Assembly: GCA_963575745.1 (NCBI GenBank)
Contig: CAUYUJ010000035.1
Coordinates: 62,001-119,354 of the forward strand
Reading direction: 5' to 3'
Source of the DNA: Prorocentrum cordatum
Taxonomy: Eukaryota
Length of the DNA stretch: 57,354 nucleotides
The notes beneath the pieces are model-generated. The model was given only the letters and a program-made list of their open reading frames with translations, was not told the origin of the DNA and searched no databases. The position numbers and the translations under genes were made by a program. This document shows positions 12,931 through 24,875 of this stretch, piece after piece; position 1 is the first letter of the stretch, and each line of letters begins with the position of its first letter.

Positions 12931-13819
12931 TGGAGGAGGAGGAAGAGGAAGGTAGGAGCAGGGAGGAAGGAGGTTGGGGGGAGGAGGAGGAGGAGGAGGA
13001 GGAGGAGGAGGAGGAGGAGGAGGAGGAGGAGGAGGAGGAGGAGGAGGAGGAGGAGGGAGGACGAGGAGGGAAGAGGGAGCAGGGAGGAAGGAGGAGGAAG
13101 CAGGGAGGAGGCCACCAATCCCGGTCGGGGATGCGGTCGGCGCTGAAGCGGCATGGAGGCGTGGCTGGCGCTCGCACGAGGAAAGCGGCCCAAGGCAGCG
13201 GCCCGCCTCGGGAGAGAGGAGGCGACACGGCCAGCGTTCCGCCACGTTCGCGTGGCACCCCTGACAGGAACGGCTCCTCCTTTGCTTCCACCGCCAACGA
13301 CCCCACAAAGCAGCTGCCGCCTCCGGGTGAAACGCCTAAGTGCGATAGCCTAGCGTCAGGGCTGAAAACACAAGCACGACCGACCGTCTTCGACGAGCAG
13401 CTGCAGAACAAAAAGAGCCAAGGAGAGAAAGAGAGAGATACATCAATAAAGAAATACATAAAGAAAGGCAGAACGAAATGCCTGAAGAAATAGAAAGAGA
13501 AAGAGAGAGAGAGAGAGGAGTCAGAGGACATACGTAGCCTCTGGCAATTTGTAAGCTGTGTGTGTGCACAGCGCCATGAACTGTTCCACCGCCTCGCACA
13601 CGACTGAGGAGTGAATTGCAAACATATTGCAACAGAAAGAGCGGCACTCGGGGTGCAAGTGCCCAACCACGAATTCGAGACAGGGGTAACTTCTCCCGAG
13701 GACAAGGATGACGAGGGGGAGGAAGATGAAGCGAAGGAAGAAGGGAGCAGCAGCGGCACCAGGGTGCGGGGTATCGCGAGGCTCCTGATGCTCTCAAAAG
13801 AAAGGAGCTTGGGCTACCA

Positions 13820-14085
13820 AACACACAAATCGTCTGAGACATCCCACAGTCTGGGCGCGAGCGGGCAAGAGTCATCTTCCCAGGCGGCTCCCCCTTGGAG
13901 TGCCCAAGTGCCACGCCTGCTAGATCGCGGTGAACATGGGGCTCTCAAAAAGAAAGACGTGTGAGTTACCACACACGAAAACCTTGGGAGACATGCTCAC
14001 AATCTGGGCGCGAACGGGCAAGTGTAATCCTCCCTGGCGGCTGCTCTTTGGCGTGCCCAAATGCCACGCCTGCTGCGTCGCGGTG
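13820..14085 (+). repeat. Two-copy direct repeat (~150-bp period)
   Basis: ACACAC..GAGACAT..TCTGGGCGCGA.CGGGCAAG..GTGCCCAA.TGCCACGCCTGCT..TCGCGGTGA at ~13820 and ~13971. Confidence 0.75.
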
Positions 14086-15809
14086 AGGACTGGACCCCTG
14101 ACAGTGTGTAGGCTTATATGTCAATGTCATGTGAGTTGGTCTCTGTGAAAGTAAATCTGAGAGTGGGTCAACCAGAATACGTCCGAGTCTGAGTATCAGT
14201 GGGTATGAGGTCTGAGTGCGACTAAGCAGAGTGTTCTGACTGTGAGTCTGAGTGTGAATGGCTCTAAGTGTGCGTGTATCTGAGTACGAGTGATCTGAAC
14301 GGTAAAAGGGAAAGAGAAGAAGCGGGAAGGAGGAAGGAAGGAGGCAGAGGCGTCACACGAATAACAACGACCTCATACTTAGGACATGGGGAACCAAACA
14401 ACTACCAGCACGACCTGCACACTACGGATCTGAGTTCGACCACCTCCAGGGGCCTGGTCTGTGCGCAACGCCGAGTGGCAAATGCACCAAGGATGAGCTC
14501 GGCATGGAAACCGGGGCCCTCGGCCCAGAACTGTGGCCTCGAGACGCAGGCGGTGCCAACGGAAGCGCAGACGCAAGTCTCTTGCCGAGGAGCACCAGTG
14601 AGGGCGCGAGTCTCCCGTGTCATGAGGGGGAACGACAGTGGTGGACTGGCTCAGGGGGGAGGCATTGAGCCAGAATCGGCGATATGTCGCCGATAGATCG
14701 GCGATAGGCCCCCGATGCCGAATCCGCGCGCTCCTGGGCGGGGTGGGCCGTCGGCCCCCCCGCAGGCGATCTGTGGGCGACTGCGGGTCGATGCCACACC
14801 CTCCTGAGCCGATCCCCATCCCCCCACCCCCAAAGCGTTGCCCCCGGTGTCATCTGCAGCCCCCCAGGCCGTACACCACTCCCCCCGAGATCCGACGCTG
14901 CGAACAAACGCCAATATCGCGAGACATCAAGACCGGAGCCCTAGAAACATGTTTCTGCAGCATTCTTCGAGCCAAATCGACCTCTGATGGTCCTAAGGCC
15001 CAAAGGCGGGCGAAAACGCCCGGTGTGAAAAGCTGCGACGCCAGGATCTCGGGGCCTGTTACCCCCCATGGTCCTCCTCCCCCGGCTTTCGAGTCACAAC
15101 TCGGGTCTCCAGCGGCCGCTCGGGACGACCCGGGCACCCCAGGGCGGCGCTCCTCGGCGAGGCGCAGCTGCTGCAGAGCCCCCCGACGCTGGACAACCGC
15201 CGAGCACGGATCTCAGGCAACCGAGCGACAACGCCGGGAGCAGCACGAAGGCAACGCCCAGCTATCGAGGCCCCCGCCCCCTCAGCTGCCGTGGCCGATT
15301 CCAGAAACCCTGAACCCCCAAAAAACGCTGCCGTCTCTTGGGGCGCATCTTTCACTTCCGCCGCCTTCCGCCGGCGGAGCCGCCCTCGTTCTACTGCCGC
15401 CGCCTTCCGCTGCCCTTCCGCCGCCCTCCGTCGAGGAAGGGGCGGCAGCCCCTTCGGTCCTCGACAGCGAAGCCCTTGCTGGAATTCACCGTGTAGCCAG
15501 AGATGCACGCGAACACGGAGTCCAACGATTCCGCGGCCTTGCCCTTGTTGCTCGCAGCCGGCTCCTCGGCCGTCATCACGAGCGAGCGGGAGGCTCGCGA
15601 GCGGCGGCAACTGCGCTCGCAGTGCCAAGGTCTTGGCTGCAAGGACGTGCGTGGGCGTGCTGGGAACTCTTCCGATCCTGGAAAAGCGAGTGCCTTTCTG
15701 GAATGCCTCATGAGCCCCCCTCCTCCCCGGTCAGCGGCGGCAGCGCTGGCCATGCCGCGAGGGTCGGGGGAGCTCAGCATCCTCCTCCCCCTCCTTCTAT
15801 TCTTCCCCC

Positions 15810-15810
<1 letters not shown>

Positions 15811-15854
<44 letters not shown>

Positions 15855-15936
15855 GCATCAGCATCAGCATCAGCATCAGCATCAGCATCAGCATCAGCAT
15901 CAGCATCAGCATCAGCATCATCATCATCATCATCAA

Positions 15937-15992
<56 letters not shown>

Positions 15993-16290
15993 CCATCATC
16001 ACCATCATGGTCATAATCATGATCATGATCATCATCATCGTCCTCATCATCAGCAGCATCATCATCACCATCAGCAGTATCATCATCATCGTCATCATCA
16101 CCATCCCTCCTCTTCCTTCCTTCCTTCCTTCCTTCCTTCCTTATTTCCTTCATTCCTTCCTTATCTTTCTTATCTGCCTTCCTTCCTTTCTTCCTCCTCT
16201 TCCTTCCTTCCTTCCTTCCTTCCTTCCTTCCTTCCTGCTCTTTCTCGTCATCGTCCTCCTCCTCCTCCTCCTCCTCCTCCTCCGCCCTCC
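15811..16290 (+). repeat. Compound microsatellite (CAT)n/(CAGCAT)n, (CCTT)n, (CCT)n
   Basis: Directly visible. Confidence 0.95.
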
Positions 16291-19200
16291 TCCCTTCTCC
16301 AATCTCCTAAGCCAATCGCTGCGGCACTCGGCCTCCGCCCTTCCCCCACGGCAGGCGGCGGCGCCGCCGACGCCGCGAGGGCCTGGAGAGCTCAGCCTGC
16401 ACCAGTCCCGGACGTGATCACGTCGTGAAGAATCACGACTGGCTGCCCTGGGCCATTTTCGGCCCCCATGGGGCCCTCGCTGGGCCTCGGGACCGTCGAC
16501 ACAATGACAAACTGGCCGGGAGAGGGTCAGGGTCGGGAGTTCTGGGGACGGCGCACTGACAAGTTCAAGACATCGCATGCCAGAGGGGGCCGCCGCGCCC
16601 GCCCCCCCCCCCCCTCCCCAGCAGGCGGCGGCGGCGCCGGCGACGCCGCGAGGGCCTGGGGAGCTCAGCCTGCACCAGTCGCTGCGGCACTCCTGCTTGC
16701 CGCTGGTGCCTCGGAGGGCCCGGGGCACGGGCTGGGTGGGGGCAGAGGAGCCTCCAGAGGCGGAGCGGCCCCAGACGTGCTCGCGTCGTCAAGAAAGGCT
16801 TGTGTTCTGTCTGCTCCTCTTCCTCCTTCTTCGGGGTCGGCCCAGAAGGCGGCGTCCAAGAGGGGGGGGGGGTAAATCATGGCCGGCGGCACGTGCGCGG
16901 CCCAAGGGCGGGGCCAGGGACGTAATGCAATAAGAAGAATCGCCATGAAGTCTGAGGAAATATCATGGCCCACGCCATGATATCCACACACCCCTAGTCA
17001 TCACCCCCCTCTTGGCCGCACCCGACTTCTGCATGGTGGCACAGTTCGCTCTAAAGGCACCCCCGTCTAGGCCCCCCTGCCAGCGCCGACGACCCCTGCC
17101 GCCGACGCAGAAAAGTTCTGCCTGCAGCGCCGGCGGTCGCCAGCGCGTTCGAGAACCGGCGGGGCGCGCCACACCACGGGCACACGAGCGCATGCGTTAC
17201 AGGGAGGGCGGCCGCAGAGGCAAAGAGAGGAGGGAGGCCCCGTCCGCAGAGAACCTGCAGTCGCGAGGAAGTCAGGACGGGAGGCTTTTGGCCATGGCCT
17301 CTGGGGGCCCTCGCCGGGCTCTGGGAGCGTCAGAGAACGGCTCAGGATGAAGAGCCGGTCCCCAGGTCGGGGACGCACTGTCCGGGGCAATGTTGCAAAC
17401 CTGGGTCAGTCCAGGCCTTGCAGGGTCCTGCCAGATCCTGCGCGCAGGCCCGGGTCACTGCAACCCTGGCCCTGCGGGATCCTGCAAGACCCTGCGCCCT
17501 GGCTGACCCCCGCTCGCATGTCGCCCCTGGAGCCCCGACCAGGGCATGGGTCGAGGTCTCTGGGGGCCGGCGTCGTGCACAAAAACCGTGACGTCGGGGC
17601 CCTTGGGAGGCGGAGACCGAGGCCTCCAGGACACGATCCGCCGGGTGCCCGGAGCCGCGAACGTCCCAAATGACCAGGAGCTTTTCAAAGGGGGGCCCGA
17701 CCTCCATCCTGGAGGCGTTTTTCCCCCTCCGCTCTGGAGGCCTGCCGCCTCTGGAGCAGAGGTCCTGGCCTCCTCCAGAAAAATGGCGGTGTTCGATCCT
17801 CTCGGGGTGGTCCCGGGTCGGCTGCTGCCTGGCTAGTTCGTTGCTCGCATTCTCCGCCTGGGGCGGGGGGCGCCCGTTACAATCGGACCGAGGCCAGAAG
17901 AACATCCATCAAGAGCATGAGGCACTCCGCCGGCCAAAACATGCAGAGCATCCGAGGGTACCCTCCCCAGGAGGCACAAGAGCATCCAACAAACACGGAG
18001 AACACTACATAGGGCACCTTCCTGGAACCGACCTCGATCTTGCACCTCGGTCCGACTGCACCACAAGGGCAGGGTGCGCCGCCGTCTTCGGCGGCAGGTC
18101 TCTCTGGATGTGGGCGCCGTGCCGTCCAGTGGCAGCCCGCCCCGTCCGCTCTCCGAGCAGGCCCCTCTCCTCCATCCTCTTCGGGCCTAACTGACCCCCC
18201 AAACCTGCACGTGAGTGCGGCTTCCTCTTAAAGCCTGAAAGTTGTGAACCGAACACACCGTTTCACGACCTGCAGCAGCGTCGGCACTAGACAGAGGATT
18301 ATTCTGTCTCGTGCCGATGCTGCTGCTCCTCGGGCCTCGTCCCCCCTTGCCCTACCCTTCGCCCCGTCCGCCCCCTTGGCTTCCTGCGCCTCTTCACCCC
18401 CCCCCTCCTCGCTCCCTGTCTCCTTCCAGCCCCTCCTTGCCTCCCTCCCTCCCTCCCTCCCTCGCTCCATCTCTCCCCATCTTCACGCCAGACACCGTGG
18501 TGAACCCACATGGGAGCACATGTAGAAGTAAGCGAGGCAATGCGTACTTGCTATGCTTGCAAGAGAGATCGCAGCGAATGTGACCGTTATTCAGCTGCGC
18601 TGCCCTGGACACCAGCCCGCCCTGGACACTGCCCCGCGGTAAAGCACATTTATTTGACACCAACAGAAGGGCACCGGTGGTGGCCACGACCTCCCTCCAA
18701 GAAACCAACAATGATTAACCATTTGATGTGCAGGGTGCACAACTTGTGGCTACGCTGTGCACGGGCAACATCGCCCGATGATAAAGGGCTGGGCCATCTA
18801 GGCTGCGAAGCGGGCTGAATTCCCTCCTGCTGGCTCAACGATCCCCCCCGACGGGATGCGGATTCACATCAGCACGACTTCTCCTGCTCCTCCTCCTCCT
18901 CATCCTCCTCCACTTGCGCCTGAAGAATGTGCAGGTGGGACCGCTGTGCACCGTGACTGCGACCAGCCACACGAATCAATTTCCTTGGTTGCTTTCCGAG
19001 CGTTGCCAGGAAGCGGCGACGCTATCTGGCCCACACATAGTAAGCCCGACGAACAAGAGCAGCAAAACACAACACCATCACAAACGCGTCCGAATAATCA
19101 GAGTACGTGGCGAAGCGCAACAAACAATCTGCATGCCCATACGTATTACGTGTACTTGTGCGTGTGTGTCTGTAAATCTATAAGGGCGGGGGAGAGATAG

Positions 19201-20189
19201 AGAGAGAGGGGGAGAGAGAGAGAGAGAAAGAGAACAAACAACTAAATGCGCAGATATGTGTGTGTGTGTTTGCGTGTGTGTGTGTGCTTGTGTGTGTCTG
19301 TGTCTGTGTCTGTGTTTGTGTCTGTGTATGTGTGTGTGTGTGTCTGTGTCTGTGTCGTGTCTGTGTGTGTGTGTCTATGTCGTGTCTGTGTCTGTGTCTG
19401 TGCCTGTGCCTGTGTCTGTGTCTGTGTCTGTGTCTGTGTCTGTGTGTGGGGCGTGCGCGTGCGCATGTTCGTGTTGTATGCGCACCCTACAACGCAGCGT
19501 AAACAACGTCTAAACTCCTCGTTTCTCCCTCCTCGTTCTCTGTCTTTCTCATCCTCCCCTCTTTCTCCTCCTACTTTATCCTTTTTTCTCTCTCCTCCTC
19601 CCTCCTCCTCCTCCTCCTCCTCCTCCTCCTCCTCCTCCTCCTTCCACGCTCCCTCCTTCCGTCCCTACTGCTTCTCCTCCTTCTCCTCCTCTGTTCCTCC
19701 TCTTCCTCCCCTTCACTTCTCCTCAGTATTCATCCCATTGCCGATACGTAAACCTATACTTTATCATGCTCCTCCTCTTCGTCTTCTTCCTTCTTCTCCT
19801 CCTCCTCCTCCTCCTCCTCCTCCTCCTCCTCCTCCCCCTCCTTAGTCCTCGTCTTTCTCCTCCCATCGTTCTTCCCGCCTCTTCCTCCTCCCATTCCCTT
19901 CCTCTTCTTGTACGCATTTGCAAGAATGTTGTTCTTATAGCGAACACGTAGTTACCAGACAGTTGCATGTCTTACGCACCATTCCTATATACTCCGATTG
20001 CCCGTCCTCATCATCAGCATCCTCCCTCCTCCTCTTCCTCCTCCTCCCATTCCTCCCTTTTCCTCCTCCCTCCGCCTCCGCCTCCGCCTCCTCTTCCTCC
20101 AAAACTACGCAATCTGAGTACTACTCTCCTCCTCCTCCTCCTCCTCCTCCTTCCTCTCCTTCTCCTTCTCCTCCTCCTCCTCCTCCTCC

Positions 20190-21212
20190 TCTTCCATTCC
20201 GTCTCAGTATAAGTAACTCCTCCCTGTCGCACCCCGAGGCAAGTTTTTAGGGCGGGCTGGGCGTTTCGCTTAAGACCTTCCACCATGTATGGCTCTGAAG
20301 CTTAAAAAGTGGCAACAGTTTCACAGATGGAGGGCGGGCCGCTTTCAACATGTGGCTCTCGCCTTAGCGCCACGTGCATTCGTTTTAAACATTCGCAAGA
20401 GTTTCACGGGTTGAGGGCGGATCGTTTTCAAAATGTGGCTCTCGCGTTAGCGCCGCGTACATTCGTTTTAAACATTTGCAAGAGCTTCACGGATTGAGGG
20501 CGGGTCGTTTTCAAAATGTGGCTCTCGCTTTAGCGCCGCGCACATTCGTTTCAAATATCTGCAAAAACTTCACAGATTGAGGGAGGGTCGTTTTCAGATG
20601 TGGCTGTCGCCCTAGCGCTGCGCACATTCATTCGCAAGAGCTTCATGGATTGAGGGCGGGTCGTTTTCAAAATGTGGCTCTCGCCTTAGCGCCGCGCACA
20701 TTCCTTTAAAACATTTGCAAGATCTTCACGGGTTGAGGGCGGATCGTTTTCAAAATGTGGCGCTCGCGTTAGCGCCGCGTACATTCGTTTTAAAAAGTTA
20801 CAAGAGCTTCACGGATTGAGGGCGGTTCCTTTCCAAAAAGTGGCTGTCGCCTTAGCACCGCGCACATTCTTTCGAACAGTTGCAAGAGTTTCACGGGTTC
20901 GCATGGTCAGCGTACCAGGAATGGTGTTTCAGGATCATGCGGGCGCAGCAGTTATGTTGATTCGCTGTGCTGAAGTCTCAAAAACGGCGTTCTGGCATGT
21001 TTCTGGGTCGTCAAGACGCAGCAGTCAGGTTGATACGTGGCGTTGAAATCACAAGAGAAATCTTTTGGCACGCTTCAGGATGTTCAAACGGTTGTCTTCC
21101 AACGAGGCAGTTCCCTCAATGGAAATGAACGGTTGTAGGGGCCTATGAAGATGGAGCTTGGAGGGAGGGTTCATTCCAACATCGTTGATCACTCTTGGGT
21201 TTCCACTGGTCC
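20190..21212 (+). mobile_element. Dispersed non-coding element (~1 kb): head + ~7 x 83-bp tandem units + tail
   Basis: Head CCCTGTCGCACCCCGAGG..GGGCGTTTCGCTTAAGAC; TTCAC unit marker at 20320, 20403, 20486, 20569; tail GGAGGGAGGGTT..CATCGTTGAT..TGGGTTTCCACTGGTCC then (CCT)n. Homologues elsewhere in the window on both strands. Confidence 0.75.
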
Positions 21213-23534
21213 TCCTCCTCCTGCTCCTCCATCACTATCTCTCTTTCATGATCCTTCCCCTAGTCTCCGTGCAGTTGGCATTCGTCTTCTTATTCCTTCT
21301 GGCCCTCCTCCTTCCTCCTCCTTTTCCTTCCCATATTTCCCTTGTTGTTGGCATTCGTGTTTTTTTTCCTCCTCCTCCCTCCCTCCTGGTCCCCACTCCG
21401 CTTCGTCCATTGCCCCCCCCCCCCCCTCCCCCCCCCCTCCCTGCGCACGGCCTGGGGACACATAGCACAGCATCTTGCCTCGTGGAGGGGCGCTCGCTTG
21501 GGACGCGGGCGCGCGGATAAGTACGCCAAGCTGGGGGAAGAGTGGAGGCGAGAGGGAGGAATAAAAGATCCTTTATCCCTCCTCCGTTCTTTCCTTCCGC
21601 CTCCCGTCCGCCCTCCTCCCTCACGCCCCCTCCTCAAGCTCTTCCCTGTCGTCCTCCGTCCCCTCCTCCGCCTCATCTCCCTCTGTCTCCTCCCTCCTCC
21701 TGCTCATCCGTCGAGGGGGGAGCGGAAAAAGGGAGGGGACGGGAGGAGAAAGTAAAGACGAGAGGGCAAGAAACTGTGAAAACGTAAAGGAAAGAGGCGG
21801 TGGGAAGAGGAGGGACGAAAGGGAGGGGGAGAGGAAGAGTGAGGGAGGGACAGGAGGGAGAGGAGAAGAACTGAAGAAAGACAAAAGGAGACTGGAGGAG
21901 GGCTGGCCATTCGAGACATTGGCGGCCCTCCCTGGCGTTTTGCGTCCTTGTCGTTGCCTCCAGAAGGTTGCTCGTCGCCGCGACTGGATCCGCCTCGAAA
22001 ATCAAGTCAGGATGGGCCCCCCACGGTCCATCACCGATCTGATCAGCCAGCGCCGCCGCCGTTGCCGCCAACGTCCACTCGCCTCGATTCGCAGCGCCGC
22101 ACGGAGGCTGTCTATCCGACAAACGTGGCTCGCTCTCGCCAGGTCCGGAACCTCAGTCAGCGCGAGTGGCCATCTGCCAGGCCGGCGGCTTATACCCCAG
22201 AGTGGGGTCGCGCTCTGCAGCCAAGGCGATGATCAAGAAGCGGTTCGCCAGAGAAGCCTGGGCCAGCACCGCGGCAAAATCTCGAGCAGACGCTGGGCCA
22301 GCCTCGCGCGTGCGGCCTCCTCGACGCATGCCGGGGGCTGCAGAAACGGGGCCGGCCTCCAGGAACGCGGCCGAGGAAGCGCTGGCCCGGGTGCGCGAGG
22401 ACAGGACAGGACCAAGCCGCCGTTCCCGCACCGAGGTGCGGCCCTCGAAAAAACGCGCAGGCGGGAGGGGCCGTGGCCCAGGTGAGCGAGGAGAGGCTTC
22501 TCAATGATGGGCGTGGCTGCGCCAGGAGCGGGGCTGCGGCGCTGGCGCGCGGCACGCCCAGGGAGTGTCCGCCCGCAGACGTCTCGTGCAGCCAAGGTCT
22601 TGGCTGGGAGGCCCCACGCATTGCCACCGCCGCCAAGGCGCCAAGATCGGGGAGAGCCGTCTTCATCGAGGGATGAGGGGAGCCACGATCGTATTGCTGT
22701 TAGCGGTGGTCATTGCGTAGTTGGGCCTCGCGGATGGCCTACGTGCCACATGGGCAGGGCTTGCAGCCAAGGCGGAGGTTCGGGGGTGTTGGGATGGGGT
22801 GGGCATCCGTTCCCCATGTCCTCCGAAAGAAGTGCTCCCATCATGCTTATTGTGATCATCGTGATGGTGCTTACCCAGACTAACTTTGGGTGGTTCACGT
22901 GTGTGCCTTCACTCGCATGCTGGGTCCACTGCCACCCTGACTCGTGGCACTGTGGCTCCTGGCTCCAGCACTGCCAGGTAGCCGGACGACACACGCACGC
23001 GGATAGATTCCCATCCGGGAGCCGGGCGGACAGAGCAACACGCGGCAGAACGCGGCAAACAAGTTCGGCCGCCAGCACTCGCCCAGGTCTTCCACGCCAT
23101 GTGCATCTAGTTTCAGGTCGGGCGTATCCTCCTGCAGGCGAATTTTGGACGAGAAAAGAAGAATAGTCACACAATACTCCCAAATAAGCAAAAAGTAATC
23201 AGAGATCGTCACCAACATATCTTTTTGACAATTTGGGGATATCCCTCCTGTAGAGGGACATGGCCGACTTCAACTTAGCTTCCTGGCAGGTTTCCAGTAG
23301 CGGTGTCGAATTGTACACTCCTCGTGCTACCACAAGAAACGCCGAACAAGGGACGCTGAGGCCATGCTGGCTACGGCGAGACTCGGCGACGCACGGGCTC
23401 GCCACCCTACGTCGAGGGAGCGGCCCGAAAACCAGAGCGCCTCCCGAGCCCAACGTGACCTTACTTCCGCACTCTGACTGTAGGCTTCCACTTGCCCCCC
23501 ACCCCCCAACTCATAGAAAGGGCAAGAAGGTCAG

Positions 23535-23651
23535 AGAAACGATCCCACCCTGGATTCCGTATAATGCTGATGATGAAGCGACACATTTTGCCCAGTGGGT
23601 GGAGTCCTCACTCCAGTCTGATTATCTGCACCTGAGCCGAGACGCCGACAG
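23535..23651 (+). CDS. Candidate isolated exon (ETIPPWIPYNADDEATHFAQWVESSLQSDYLHLSRDAD)
   Basis: Non-repetitive, protein-like composition; CAG acceptor and AG|GTGAGC donor; 117 nt. No recognisable family. Confidence 0.3.
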
Positions 23652-23700
23652 GTGAGCGAAGGAGATGGAGAGTCAGATATAGGATGCACACACACACACG

Positions 23701-23761
<61 letters not shown>

Positions 23762-23934
23762 GCGCGCGCATGCACACCGCCCTCGCAGCACCGACCACCC
23801 AACCTGCGCCACCAGCGCCAGCTCCGCCGCTCTTCCGCTGCGGGGGGGGCCTGTGATAGGAGCGCCGCTCGTGTTCTCCCGAATCTTGCGCATCTGAGTC
23901 TCCGCGGCCTGGGGAGTCGAAGGGGAGGCCAACG

Positions 23935-24222
23935 CGGAGGAGGAGAAGGAGGAGGAGGAAGACGCGGACAAGGACGAGAGGGAGGAGGAGGAGGAAGAGG
24001 AGGAGGAGGAGGAGCAGGAGGAGGAGGATGAGGAGGGGAGGAGGAGGAGAGGAGGAGGAGGAGAGAGGACGAGGAGGAGGAGGAGAAGAAGGAGGAGGCG
24101 GACATGGGAGGACGGTATAAGGAGGAGACGGGATGTGGGAGCACGAGGAGGAGGACATGGGGGGGATGATGACGATGAGGAGGAAGAGGTGGAGGAGGAG
24201 GAGGAGGAGCGACAGTACCCTC

Positions 24223-24300
<78 letters not shown>

Positions 24301-24428
24301 CTGATGACGATGATGATGCTGATGATGATGATGCTGATGATGATGCTGCTGATGATGCTGATGATGATGATGCTGATGATGATGCTGATGATGATGATGA
24401 TGATGATGATGATGCTGATTGATGATGT

Positions 24429-24460
<32 letters not shown>

Positions 24461-24512
24461 CTGATGCTGATGCTGATGATGATGATGATGATGCTGATGC
24501 TGATGCTGATGC

Positions 24513-24585
<73 letters not shown>

Positions 24586-24670
24586 AACGACGGTGCTGAT
24601 GACGATGATGATGCTGCTGCTGATGATGAGGAGGACAAGGAAGAGAAGGAGGAGGAGGAGGAGGAGGAGG
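23935..24670 (+). repeat. Compound microsatellite (GAG)n-(GAT)n/(GCTGAT)n-(GAG)n
   Basis: Directly visible; ends ~130 bp from the LINE 3' TSD. Confidence 0.95.
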
Positions 24671-24802
24671 AGAACGAAGAACGAGCGAGGAAGCGGAGAG
24701 GAGGGCAGGGCGACGGCCACTCCGAAGCCCGCCCGAAATGTGGGAGACATCTTCGCGCAAATGGGACACGGCAACACTGAGAAGAACGAGACCAGGAGGC
24801 AG

Positions 24803-24818
24803 CCGAGCGGGTATGGGG
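24803..24818. repeat. Target-site duplication, 3' side of LINE
   Basis: CCGAGCGGGTATGGGG, identical to 31301-31316, adjacent to the T9 tail. Confidence 0.95.
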
Positions 24819-24875
24819 TTTTTTTTTGCTGATAGAGACTGACCGCAAGCGAACCAGCCTTCGTTTGAAAAACCT

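Noticed and set aside
14638..16428. 596-aa ORF with poly-His tract
   Set aside because: Open only because of GC-rich sequence and (CAT)n/(CCT)n microsatellites; no domain signal.
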